In this document: positions 14,138 through 26,985 of the stretch, in pieces | Numbering within the stretch: position 1 is the first letter of the stretch | Layout of the letters: each line of letters opens with the position of its first letter | Made by a program: the position numbers and the translations under genes | Source: Eledone cirrhosa | Lineage: Eukaryota | Length of the DNA stretch: 64,000 nt | Assembly (NCBI GenBank): GCA_964016885.1 | Contig: OZ024743.1 | Location: forward strand, 348,564,001 to 348,628,000 | Direction: 5' to 3' | Notes under the pieces: generated by a model | Seen by the model: the letters and a program-made list of their open reading frames with translations, nothing else | Databases searched by the model: none | What the model was told of the DNA's origin: nothing

Positions 14138-15446
14138 TAAAATAACAGATTAAAGTTTAAGCAAAGAATCGCTGCTTTCACCCTTAACGGGATCTTCTGA
14201 AACTAACAAAGTCAATCTGTAAACGCAGAACTGGATATTTCAAAAAACGTTGCAACCGGAGGAAGACAGGAAGACGATACTTTGATTCGTGGAAACGTTC
14301 GCTGGCAAAGAACGGGAAAAAACGAATAATACGTCATTAATAGGAGCGGTGAAAAACAATTACGCGCAAAGACAGAACCACGTTTATGGTATAAAAGAGG
14401 TCGTAGACTAATGTTCTCTTAGGTGGCGCATAGAGACGTTCTCTGGCAATGAACAAAAAAACGAAGATAATAAGTCATATGTGGAGCGTGGAGAACAGTA
14501 GCACGCAAAGACAAAACCACGTAAATGGTATAGCAGAAGTTGTAGACTAAAATTCTAACTAGGAGACCAAATGATTCTCCGCTACAGGGTTAAGAACAAA
14601 GTAAATAAATACAATAAGAAGTAATAGAAATAAATAATTACATACACGCAAACAGATACGTACATACACAAGCATCAGCAAAACCTTACCATAGGTATAC
14701 AAAACCAAGCGCATATAGATATGTGTGTGTATGCTTGTGTACAAATAAATAAATAATTATATAAACGTATATAAGTAAATAAATACGTATATAACAAGCG
14801 CACACACATACCTACAAATAAATACACGAATATTCGGAGACGTAAGTCAACTAAAACAAGAAGTACACATATACACACGCCCACCATACGTACGAACCTG
14901 CATACTCCACGCAGACGCAAAACTCCCGTATACACATAGCCAAACCCTAAATGCCAGAATATGGAAAAATGATACGCCATAACAGTCAAATATACATACA
15001 AGAAGTTATACATACCTTCAGAATTTTAGTCTACAACTTCTGCTATACCATTTACGTGGTTTTGTCTTTGCGTGCTATTGTTCTCCACGCCCCACATATG
15101 ACTTATTATCTTCGTTTTTTCGTTCATTGCCAGAGAACGTCTCTATGCGCCACCTAAGAGAACATTAGTCTACGACCTCTTTTATACCATAAACGTGGTT
15201 CTGTCTTTGCGTGTAATTGTTTTTCACCGCTCCTATTAATGACGTATTATTCGTTTTTTCCCGTTCTTTGCCAGCGAACGTTACCACGAACCAAAGTATC
15301 GTCTTCCTGTCTTCCTCCGGTTGCAACGTTTTTTGAAATATCCAGTTCTGCGCTTAAAGATTGACTTTGTTAGTTTCAGAAGATCCCGTTAAGGGTGAAA
15401 GCAGCGATTCTTTGCTTAAACTTTAATCTGTTATTTTAATAAATAT
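14130..15446. repeat. ~425-bp near-perfect inverted repeat with an internal 141-bp tandem duplication
   Basis: Arms ~14130-14555 and ~15021-15446. The terminal segment recurs at 29174-29256. Confidence 0.9.
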
Positions 15447-15666
15447 TTGCTCTACGGTTCTTATATATTTGATATATATTTTCCTTATCGAGCCCTCTTT
15501 GGATTTTAGTCTTCTATTTTATTATTATTACTATATATATATATATATTTCGTTTCTGAATTTGTTTAGCAAGATTCTTTATCTGAAATCGTGTGTTGAA
15601 ACCGATATTGTTATACTTTGGGAGGTGCGTGTGTTTCTTATTGGCAACATGACCCTCCCAAAGTAT

Positions 15667-15722
<56 letters not shown>

Positions 15723-15846
15723 CATTTAAAGGGTGTATTCATATAAACTAGAGAAAGCCAGATATGTATATATATATAAATATTAGAAAGTGAGGTTTTT
15801 TTTACAAAATGAAAAATAACCGAGGTGTCCTACACGAGTGAAAGTA

Positions 15847-16142
15847 TAAAGAAAAAGAGATGCAATCGAAAATGCAACTGAAGTCTTATTTTTTTAAAAA
15901 ATATATATATTTATTTGGTTCCTTTACCGGTTTCGCAGTTCTTCTGCTTTTCAAAAGGTGAGTTGAGATGGAGGGTCTGTGGTTTTTCTCACATCTCAGA
16001 TGTGAGAAAAACCACAGACCCTCCATCTCAATTCACCTTTTGAAAAGCAGAAGAACTGCGAAACCGGTAAAGGAACCAAATAAATATATATATTTTTAAA
16101 AAAAATAAGACTTCAGTTGCATTTTCGATTTCATCTCTTTTT

Positions 16143-16147
<5 letters not shown>
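15847..16147. repeat. 150-bp-arm palindrome with a 1-nt loop, containing a degenerate HHR
   Basis: Centre ACATCT-C-AGATGT at 15997. CCTT-TTGAAAA-GCAG-AAGAA-CTGC-GAAA-CCGG-TA-AAGG at 16036-16073. Confidence 0.9.
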
Positions 16148-16194
<47 letters not shown>

Positions 16195-16203
<9 letters not shown>

Positions 16204-17060
16204 TTTGGCAACCATTCGGGTTGTGGCTAAATGACGAATTAATTAAATAATTAATAATCAAGCAATACATAAAAAGTAAGTCCATAAAATCATTAGATAA
16301 AATATATACAGCATTTCTTCTCCCAGTCAGCATAAATCAACCACACAAAAACGAAGCTATAAGTTTTAAATATACTTATGAAGAAACAATAGATAAATGA
16401 TATAGCTTTTTATTCGCGACTCACAGCTACAGAAACATTTACCTAGTATCTCTGATAGCCTGTAGAAATTGACTACACATATAGTTAACCAATCATAATT
16501 ATGTACAAAATCAAAGTTAGGAGAAAAAATGTACATAAACATACCAAAATCATCAAAATATCTCTACACCCGGCGGTTTCATTCAATTTTTGGATATATC
16601 CGATCTTAGATAAATCAACGAGGTTGGAAATCATCAGGAGATAAACTCAATTGGACAAAGATTTTTCTTACATGATCCCGCCAGAAACGAATTCAAAATG
16701 GTTAAGAATCGTCACGTGGCTAGTGTCAAGGCAGCCAGCCTACTCGCCTGTCGGCGAGTAGGCTGGTTGGAAGAAAGCGCAGCCGAATACTGCCTAAAGG
16801 TTTAATCAACCTTACGGTAGTATATAAGATTTAAAGGGTATATACATATAAACGGGACAAAGCCATATATATATGATTTTGGCAACCATTCGGGTTGTGG
16901 CTCAATGACGAATTAATTAAATAATTAATAATCAGAGCCATATGTAAAAAGTAAGTCCATAGAATCATTAGATAAAATATATACAGTATTTCTTCACCCA
17001 ATCACCATAAATCAACCGCACAAAAACCAGTTAAAAATATACTTATGGAGAAACAATAGA
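16195..17060 (-). mobile_element. Non-coding element with ~190-bp terminal direct repeats (period ~674) and an HHR-like motif
   Basis: GATTTTGGCAACC at 16201 and 16875. Minus strand ATCTC-CTGATGA...GAAA-CCGCCGG..GAGAT at 16560-16642. GC hairpin 16732-16769. Confidence 0.65.
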
Positions 17061-17061
17061 A

Positions 17062-18162
17062 TATTCTACAATGTATGAATCCCCTTTTCTCTTTATTATT
17101 AAGCCTTTTACCTTCTTTCTCTATTAACGTTAATTCTTTCGTTCAAACCTTCGTAGATTTTGTAAACAATCTATGACGTCATATGTCTTTTACGTTTATA
17201 AACCTTTCTAGCAATTTCCTTTATTTACTTGTTGATATAAAATAATTGTTTCTATTTTTGGCACAAGGCCAGCAATGACCCAGTGTAAGACTGGGACTTT
17301 ATTTTATCGACCCCACGAAATAATAATCAAATACTAAACCCCACATATATAAATTTTTAACAGTAATTTTTAATTTTGACATAGATATACTTATTTTTAT
17401 TTATTATTTATTATTTTTTATTCTAGTCTTATTTCATTTTATTTTATTCTAGTCTTATATCATTTCATTATATTTTATTTTATTTTATTTTAATAACCCC
17501 TTTTTATATTTATTATAATTATTTTTAATTTTATCTTTATTCTAGACTATTTTATTTTTTATTTTATTAATACATTTTTACACTTCTTAATTCAATTTTG
17601 TTTTAGTATTCAAACTCAATATTAAATAATATACCCAGTTTCTATATTTTAGACATCTAATATTTGTAATATTAGCACATTCAACGCATCAATTTATTTA
17701 TTTATTTATTTTTATTATTTTTGTTAGCCGATATTCACAGCTGTTTTTCATTTTTGACAGCGTTCCCGATCAAAAGAATCTTTCTCTCTTTTTCTCTTTC
17801 ACTCTCCTCCTTCTTCCTTTCTTTTTTTCCTCTACTATTTCTTTTTCCTTTTTCCTTCTTCTTTCCTTTTCTTCATTTTTCCTATTTTTTCTCTTGTCTT
17901 ATATATTTGTCATATGTTGAATGGACACTTTCTTGTTCACAAGTGTTTTTAGGCCTCATATCATGTTACATTATTTCATCTGATGAGAACACAATTGTTG
18001 TCCCATGATGATTTTGTTTTCGAAATGCGCATAATAAAATATATGGAATTTTTTATCCATCTCTTAAGTTCTTCTTTATATATACTGCAGTTCTACCAAC
18101 TGTTGTGTGCTACTTATCTGATATATGCATAGTTTTATTGTTCTACAATATTACTCACTTCC

Positions 18163-18165
<3 letters not shown>
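17062..18165 (+). mobile_element. Solo PLE 3'/pseudo-LTR segment, homologous to 36150-37100 in reverse
   Basis: Colinear reverse-complement similarity. Contains an intact HHR and a SINE 3' fragment at 17241-17313 on the minus strand. Confidence 0.75.
17972..18050 (+). ncRNA. Hammerhead ribozyme, intact core
   Basis: CTGATGA(17980)-GAACACAA...TTTGTTTTC-GAAA(18022)-TGCGCA-TA; palindromic stem III ATGCGCAT. Confidence 0.82.
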
Positions 18166-18218
<53 letters not shown>

Positions 18219-18399
18219 TACAGAGAAAAAGCCGATTATTAGGGAGAAAAATATATTTTTTTCCCTTTTTATTTTCTCTCTCTTTTTTTCTGGGTTAGAA
18301 AATGATTAAAATGAAATATTTTACTTTGTGTGAAGTGTTAAGGTATTAGTTGATTTATTTCTTAATTAACAATGGCATTAATTTATTTATTTATATATT

Positions 18400-18720
18400 T
18401 AACAATTGTCTATATAGACGGTTATACGTTGTCGGAGGCTGTTTTTTGTCTGTCCTATGTAGTGCTCTTGACAACCTGAGCAGGTCAAAACATAGATAGA
18501 TTAGGTTTACAGAGGCACATGTAAAATTGTGTTTAACAGTGAAATGTTGTCCTTGTTTAAAATGGAATGTTGAACATTCTATTAGATTTATGCATATGCC
18601 ACAGTTGGACCTTCCGCATTTTGTTACTGTCGGGTTCATTGGGAGGGTTTGTTGGATTTTGGCTTGTGTGAGAATGTTTTTTTATGGATTTGGTTTGTCT
18701 TTTGCTCTTTATGATGTTGT
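18400..18720 (-). mobile_element. PLE GIY-YIG fragment with CxxxxCxxC linker (Neptune-like)
   Basis: KCGRSNCGIC...FTCASVNLIY, then after a frameshift LTCSGCQEHYIGQT. Confidence 0.75.
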
Positions 18721-18722
18721 GT

Positions 18723-18806
<84 letters not shown>

Positions 18807-18809
18807 GTT

Positions 18810-18975
18810 TCGGCAGTATCGGTTGAACATTAGAGACTATGCTTTGCAGCATAGCGTTATGGCCATTTACGTTCTGTGTTCAGCTATCACCGAAGTTAGC
18901 TCTCCCTTTCATACTTATGCGGTAGATAAAATACAGCGCCAGCAATGCACTGTATTATTATTATTATTATTATTA
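18810..18975 (+). mobile_element. tRNA-derived SINE (main family), diverged copy
   Basis: GGCAGTATCGG..ATGCTTTGCAGCATAG..CCTTTCATACTTATGCGGTAGATAAAATA followed by (TTA)n. Confidence 0.7.
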
Positions 18976-19361
18976 TATTTAATCACATTATTGTATTTTT
19001 ATTATTAATATTGATGGTTTACACACCAAATATGGTACTTACTTGTTCTCTTGTTATCTGTCGATGTTACTTTCCAGGGTGTACGGGCAGAGCACAATGG
19101 AGCTGACTTTTGTATGTGAGCAATTTTCGATTCGAGATATGTTTGCTTAAAATACCCTCTCAGATTTAATGGCATCGATCCTTGATCTCAGATGATAACT
19201 GGAATTATCTTCATGTTCTTTAGTAGTGTTGATTAATTTCGATACAACGGGTAATACAGACACAAATGTTATATTGTTATGTCTTGACGTATTTGATACT
19301 AAGCACCATATGAGCCAAAATGGAAGAATATGGTCAAAGCATTTGCAACCATGTTTACCTC

Positions 19362-19545
19362 GTGGATTGGCAGCATCGGTAGAGGGTCGGACGCCATGTT
19401 TTTCAGCATAGTTACTTCCCTTTACGGTCTAAGTTCAAATCCTGTCGAGGTTAACTTTGCCTTTCATGCTTACGGGGTCGATAAAATAAAGTACCAGTAA
19501 TGCACTGGGATAATTGCTGGCCTTGTGCCAATAGTAGAAACAATT
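19362..19545 (+). mobile_element. tRNA-derived SINE (main family; Meta-like central domain)
   Basis: TTGGCAG..CGGTAGAG A box, GTTCAAATCC B box, GCCTTTCATSCTTACGGGGTCGATAAAATAAAGTACCAG, tail GGCCTTGTGCCAA..AGAAACAATT. Confidence 0.88.
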
Positions 19546-20619
19546 GATTTTAGAAACTGTGTATCTGGGATTACCTTAATACTTTATCCATATGTAATAA
19601 CTTGTGGTTCATTACATATTTTCAGCTGGTGGTAGTGGAATAGATACCTCTAGCTATCAAATGTAAATTAATTTAACCATATTATATATGTTTACTTTAT
19701 CTACATGTAATATTAATTAACACAAATGTTAATCGCATCATAATCCACATTAGACTAATTTGTAAAATATAATACCAACAGTAATTATCTGACATTTTCA
19801 AAACAAATGTATATATGTACATGTTGAAAGCATTTCCAGCCGTGTCTAGTTTTTTAATATTTAAAGTGTAGCCTATCTATATGGCTTCACCAACATTTAT
19901 CCGTGACGTCATTGCTGAGGAATTTTGATTGCTGCAAATGTTGGTTTGATCAGATACTTGTGGAGGCAAATTTATATTATGTTAACCAAAACATATAAAG
20001 ATTAACATATAAATGTGATTACATTACGAGCACAATTAATATTAAATGACACAAATGTTAATTGCCTCATAACACCATATTAGAAAATTGTGCTAACATT
20101 AATAGTAATATGAATCAACTGGGATTTTTGAAAATTAATTTTTCTCTGAAGCCTATATAAAAAAAAAAAATTGAATTTAAGTTAATGCCCGTATATAATA
20201 ATATCCGTGCAATATTAGTACACAACACTTACTCACAATTAAACAGACGGACATATATATGATATTTTTAACCTGATGACAAAGTCGACAAATTTCACAA
20301 GGAATATTTTATATGCAGAGAAATTATTATATTTTTTAATATGAACACTGCAACATTACTGGAGCTTGAAGCCTGACTACATTTGCGGGCAAATATGGAA
20401 CCTTAAGAGCCGACAAACCTAAAACCTAAACAGCAGTATCCAGGTCGCTCGTATATTCAGGGAACATACACATAAACTAACACACGCATTCACATGCACG
20501 CGCATACGCACAAACAAACACAAACATACTTATAAACATACTTGATTACTTACATATATACATAACTACGCAAACAACCACAACAAACACAAGAACAAAT
20601 CAAGACGCACAATCTCGTG

Positions 20620-21111
20620 ATAGTAAGAGGGACCAACAAGAATTTGATGGCTTTGATAGCACAGAGAAAAGGAGGGGAAGATATTTGGAACGAGCACATT
20701 TCGCTTGCCATCAAATTTATTACTGGTACGAATGTCACCCGACTCCTACAAAGGGCTTAAAGAGTTTTCTTCTGGACGTTGGAACCCTGGATATAAAACC
20801 CACATCAATATTTTTAAAGGTGTTTACAAAGGATACACCGATAACTATGTAGGTAGTAGCACCCAACTTCCGCAAGCGCTGGGAGGTAAGTAAACCTTAC
20901 CTCTTCTCGTTTATCCTGCCAACATGGTCATCCTAAGAGTAGGATGTTTAAATATTCGTGTACTGGTGTCGTACTGGAAGCAGAGTCGCCTGCTGAACGA
21001 CCCCAATTCACTTAATATGGACGTGATTGCCGTCAGCGAGAATAGGATTTCAGGCACAGGCTTTCTATGGATAACTTCCAGAATTCTCTTGCTTAGCAGT
21101 GCTACTGGGGA
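20620..21111 (+). mobile_element. Internally deleted relative of the 1-5598 LINE
   Basis: MVILRVGCLNIR..WKQSRLLND..MDVIAVSENRIS matches the ORF2 N-terminus, fused to CTATGGATAACTTCCAGAA..GCAGTGCTAC, which matches 4800-4840. Confidence 0.85.
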
Positions 21112-22652
21112 CACATTAAATTACTTATAATATATACAGTAATTGATATATAATATGTATAGATATTAAATGTAATACGTGACAATGAATTATATATACA
21201 TTTATAATTAAATGTATAAATTAATAACATTGTATATAAAGGATTAAATTATTTACATAAGGGATTTATCTAATGTAACATGTAAACAGGTATACATTAT
21301 TCGATATCTTGCCTAGTATTGAGTAGATAACAATCTAATGAAAACTTTAATATATTAAAGGTTTCATTAGAGTCACTATATAATGTCTATTAGAGCAAAG
21401 AAGTTTAAAAGTTTAAGGAGCTAGTTACCTCCCCTTACGCATTAGCTCTCCTTAATTTTGTATCTCATATCCACCTCCGGATATTAAACCGTTGAAAAAT
21501 CTCGCTGTAGAACAACTCTAATCCATGAACATGAATACAATAAGACCAAGTTACAACCCATTACTATAACTAACTAAAAACATTCAATACAAACGTTAAC
21601 TAAAATATAACTTAACATATGTATTGGATGGGAAATCAGTAACTTTCATATTCTCCACACATACATATTTGAACTCTACAGAAACTATCATCGCATTATA
21701 TCCTCCATAATACACTAGCATATTCGCTTAAAGTGCTTGTATTTTATGTAATACCTTGCCATACAGAATTCATATATGCCTAATACCTCTGTTTGTTTCC
21801 TTCTCATATATATGACTAACGCATGTGCAACCTCTACACGCTTGAATATGTACTTCTTTCTCAATGTCTCTTTAATTATTAGACTATTATCCTGTATTAT
21901 CTGTCGCATGTATTCCACTCTGTGCTTTTAATTTTAATTTTAATTTTAATTTCAATTTTAATTATTGTACAATTCTCGTATAATATATGTCGCATCCATT
22001 ACACCCGGTTAATACTAAACTGTAGTTCACAGCATCAATATATATATGTATCTATTTGATTGTTCAGTTGAATGTGAGGTTAATTATATGTACACACATT
22101 GATAATGCTCCGATTACTCCAAACTAAAGTTTGGAAGAAACTATTGTCAGCGATTAAATGAGTTGAACATAACTTTGGTACTTGTGTAATTTATATATAT
22201 ATATATATAACACATACACACAATCACACACACTCATATATGGAGAGAGAGGGTGAGAGAGGAAGGGAGAGAGAGAAAGAAAGAGAGCATTGGTGTTGTG
22301 TTGTCTTCCCTCAAGATTACTATTTCTCAAACTTCAGCACTTTCATAGGTCAATAGATAGTAAACCCTCTACACGAAAATATAGTCAGTAAATTTTCAAG
22401 AAATCAACTTTCTAATTTTGTTTGTCTTTACAAACAATACTTATTCAATATATCATGCACTTCAACTTAACTTAGACCTATTGGAATTTGATAGTATGTA
22501 CTTTTATGATATGTTTAACAGTATTTCATTTATCCGAAGTATATGATTTTGAAATGTTCATACAAGCTTTGAACAATTGTGATACGATAGTGTTTGTAAA
22601 GCTAATCTGTCACTCAGTGTAACTCTACGACCTCATCTTAGATTATTTGTAG

Positions 22653-22749
22653 CTCTGTTCACACTGTTACTAGCATTCTGTACAGGTCTCCAGCTTGAGA
22701 ATAATCTCCCCCTTCCATCATCCTGTATCGGAGATCCGAAGCAACAAAG
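22653..22749 (+). other. Candidate host exon (97 nt)
   Basis: TTTGTAG| ... AAAG|GTACAT. Open frame LFTLLLAFCTGLQLENNLPLPSSCIGDPKQQ in non-repetitive DNA. Confidence 0.3.
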
Positions 22750-23342
22750 GTACATATTCTGCATATTTTCATTAAGCGTTAAAAAAGAACAAATCTATTT
22801 TGCATTAATTCCACATCTTTCAAGGATTTCAATGACCAAAATATATATTTAGATTTAGAAAACTTTTCGAATAAAAATTATTATATGTAAACACTTTACT
22901 TAGCTATTTATTCATACATGAAAAAACTTGATTGGGTATGTTTTTATAAGATAAATTTATTTCATCATACTATATTAACATAATGTGGTGTTTCGTGAAC
23001 TCATAGAAGAAAAAGAGTGAGGGGGAATTAGAGATGGAGATGTAAATGGCGGAAATTTCATCTGAATTTTCTAGGAAAAATATATTAAATAGTTAAAACC
23101 TTATTTGATAAGTTCAAAATCAAGGCACTTATGGTCTATAAACGATGAAAACTAATTCGGACATTGGCCTCGCACGTCTTAAAAGGAAAGAATGGCCCAA
23201 ATAAAAATAATAGAAGAAAAACACGAGAAAGTTAAGTAAGCAGATAAAAAATAAAACCATACAAATACAATGTACGTTTTCCAAATGCAATTGTGTAAAA
23301 CTTTATGATAAACTCTATTGCTAATCATAAAATACTTTTCAG

Positions 23343-23383
23343 TGGAGCGTGCAGCCAGTTAAAGGGTGATTAAGAAATACAAG
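23343..23383 (+). other. Candidate host exon (41 nt)
   Basis: Branch-like GCTAAT at ~23320, CTTTTCAG| acceptor and AAG|GTAAGA donor. Confidence 0.4.
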
Positions 23384-24055
23384 GTAAGATGCCAATCAGA
23401 ATTTACATTCATCTAAAATTTGTTTCAAAGATCTTATAACATTTGTTTTATAGTTCGTGATGTACATCATGTTTTGTTTTTTCCTTTTCGTTTGAAATTC
23501 ATTCGGACCAAACTAGCTTCTATGATTTCTCATTGAAAACGTAGGTCAATTTCTATAATAACTTCAGCTATAGAAGCAAAAGTAACATCCTTGTACATAT
23601 GAGCAGAAAAAAAAGTTGGTGTAAATTAGTTTAATTTGGCAAGTTTTCCAAATTCGCCAATATTTTTTTAGATAACGTGAAGTGGGTGACTTTCGATGAT
23701 TCCGGTAATGTTTAGCAATGTTGTGTGACTGATTTCTTGTTTTTCTGTTCATATGAGTGCTAATGTTAGGGTGTGATTCTCTATATCTTTATGTTTACAT
23801 TTTAAGTCTATAAGAAGGGTCCTAAATAGGTGTGTATTTGTTAAATGAAGCCATACATTCCTTTTTCTCTCCGTATTATTGGTGGGAGTGTCTATGCGTG
23901 CGTGTGTGTGTATGTGTATATATGTATACGACAACTGGTTGATGCCATTTCATTAGCTGGAGGAGAAAAAATGTTTACAAACATTTTTAGGGAAGTTGGA
24001 AAAAGAGATAATACAACTATGCATGAATGTGCACATATAATCTTACAGAATAATA

Positions 24056-24115
<60 letters not shown>

Positions 24116-24156
24116 CGAAACATAAGTCAATTGCATGAACTCATAATCCTTTATTT

Positions 24157-24212
24157 ACTGCTATATATATTTCGATGATAGCCATTGAATGGCTATGACC
24201 TCATCAGGCAGT
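24157..24212 (-). ncRNA. Hammerhead ribozyme, intact core
   Basis: Minus strand ACTGC-CTGATGA-GGTCATAGCCAT-TCA-ATGGCTATCATC-GAAA-TATATA-TA-GCAGT. Confidence 0.88.
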
Positions 24213-24313
24213 TAATCACTTCTTATATATGACAGCTCTGTGTTTATGGTGTATTATATATATAATATATACATATGCATATATGCATATATATGTGTAT
24301 ATATTTATATGTG

Positions 24314-24344
<31 letters not shown>

Positions 24345-25618
24345 ATGTGCGCGTAATTATTCATATATATAGTATGGCATACACATCAAAGAGCAAAACA
24401 TAAAACATAAAACATAAACGTGATAACACGCACAATAAAAAAAGGCAATATTTCTATAAAGTTTATTTGAAGCTAAATCTTATCAGACTACTACACTGAG
24501 GTTCAACTTCTAGAAACTTTAAATCATTTCTAGAAAAACCTCGACGTTGGACCAATGTTATCTTGAAGAATGAACATTTCAGATTTGTTGGGAATGTGTA
24601 TGTGTAAGTTTAGAAGTGGCACTAGCATATCGTTATTCAGAATAGAGGCATATATGAAAGCAAGTAAAGTATGTTTATATATAATAAATATACATATATT
24701 GTGCTGTAGGTTTTGTAAGCTGTAATCATCATACACATATGAGACGTGAAATACAAGTACTTCAGGATTGTTATACATCTTATCTTTTAAAGAGTGGCTT
24801 ACTCACATGACTCTCTCTCTCACACACACATGTCAGAAAATACGAATTTCCCTGTATATTGAGAAATTAACTGATGTTGGTTACCAAGTTTCTATATATA
24901 CAGATATAACATTCTCGTACATTTCGGCTGCTTAGCGCACCTATTAATAACTATCTTAATTAAATGCCAGCACGAATATTAATTGTATGCAAATTACTAT
25001 GTACATTTCAGAATAGAAAGAGCGAGTGGACTTATAAATCAATCAGATATGTTTTTCTTTACGGTCATTTAAGTGATATACATGCCACAAGACGAGGACC
25101 CAATTATGTTAAAAAATCGATTGGAAATGTTTATCATTTTCTCAATTTACAGGAAGACTCATATTTTCAGGCATGTTTACATGTCTACATAATTAAACAT
25201 GTATTTATTTATATACACATGTTTAAAGTCTTGGTTACCACTAAGTATATATACAGAGATAACAATATCCTACACTTCGTCTACTTAGCACGGCTCTTAA
25301 AATATATGAACTGATATTCTACTTAGTTAACGCTGCAATAATTCATTGTAGTGTGGATATGTATATAACAACGAAACAAGGAGCAGCCTGTTTTTATAGT
25401 TATTTGTTGTTGAGTTTTTAATGAACTACAAATTCAGATATAGAGGTTGAACATTGAATTAAATGTCGGGGTTCGCTACTTATTTAGTCCATTAGTTTAC
25501 GCTCATTTCAAAGCGGGAAATGAACCATGGTAATATATTACATAATAGATAGGAGATATGTAACTATTTTGTTTGTATTAATTGTTCAACACATATACAT
25601 AATATAAATATATATATA

Positions 25619-26164
25619 CGAGGTGTGTCAGAAAAGTTCCAGGACTGAGGTCAAGGTTGAACGCGTCAGGCAGATGGTATATAGCGATCGTCGGCTGACT
25701 GTTCGACTGATGGCAAATGAGCTGGGCATGAATCGGGATAGCGTCTGGAAGATTCTCACTGAAGATTTGAACATGCGGAAGGTCTGCGCGAAGACTGCTG
25801 AACGATGAACGATAACAAGAAGGGTCGACGCATGCGAGTATGCCAGGACATTCTCGAGCGTCTTGGAACGGAACCAGACTTGCTAGGGACAGTCATCACC
25901 GGTGATGAGTCATGGATCTTCGAGTACGACCCGGAGGGGACCCGTTTTGAAGACGTGAACGACATCAAAAAGGCCGTGACGACGGAACTGCGGAGGATCC
26001 CGGAAGAATCCTTCCAGGAGTGCATGCAAGCGTGGAAGAAAAGGATGGAAAAGTGCATTAGACTCCAGGGGGATTACTTTGAAGGAGAAAACTCTTAGTG
26101 TGAAGTTTGGGTTTGAAATAAATCTTTTGTGACATCAGTCCTGGAACTTTTCTAACACAACTCG
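25619..26164 (+). mobile_element. Internally deleted mariner (Tc1/mariner) element
   Basis: ~30-bp TIRs CGAGGTGTGTCAGAAAAGTTCCAGGACTGA / TCAGTCCTGGAACTTTTCTAACACAACTCG with TA flanks. Transposase pieces DRRLTVR, ITGDESWIFEYDPE, GTRF...GDYFEG. Confidence 0.93.
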
Positions 26165-26172
26165 TATATATG

Positions 26173-26256
<84 letters not shown>

Positions 26257-26919
26257 TGTGTGTGTGTGCGTGTGTTTGTGCGTGTGCGTGTGTGTGTGTG
26301 TATGTATTTATATATACACTAAGTTGAGTTATCATAACGTATATAATACGTATGATAATTATGTCTCCCAGTAGAAAAGATCAATGGATGTGTGTCCAGA
26401 GAGTCAACAATTCAAATTACAGGATTTATGTAAATATATAGAGTCATATATCCTTAGAGAAACAGTATTTTTTACCGAAAAATTACATAATTTAAGGCGA
26501 AAATTATTTCTATTCTTTACGGTACTGTTTCATGTTCTTAAAATCGGTGCAAAAATAGATTTAATTAATCGATTATAGATTACCAGCTATCGATTTTAGT
26601 AAAGCCAAGGCAGACGCGAAACTAATCCTCAGAGGGACTCCAGTCCTATTTATATCTGCCACCACAGGCAAAACGTTTTTCACACTATGCAGTTGTTTTG
26701 ATTTATTATTGGTACCCGACAGATATAATCGTATTTTTGTACTTTATTTGAACCTATCCGAAAACGATTATCCTCTGATTGTATGGTTAGTTTTGTATCT
26801 TCCTTGGATTTAACAAAATTGATAATTGGTAATCGAAAAGTATTTACTTTTTCCTAAATATATGATTCATATACATGGGAAAAATACTGTTTTTACTCTA
26901 AGTATATATGGCTCACTCG

Positions 26920-26985
<66 letters not shown>

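Noticed and set aside
14294-14555. CRISPR-like repeat-spacer array
   Set aside because: Only two diverged 141-bp tandem units with no unique spacers, in a eukaryotic context.
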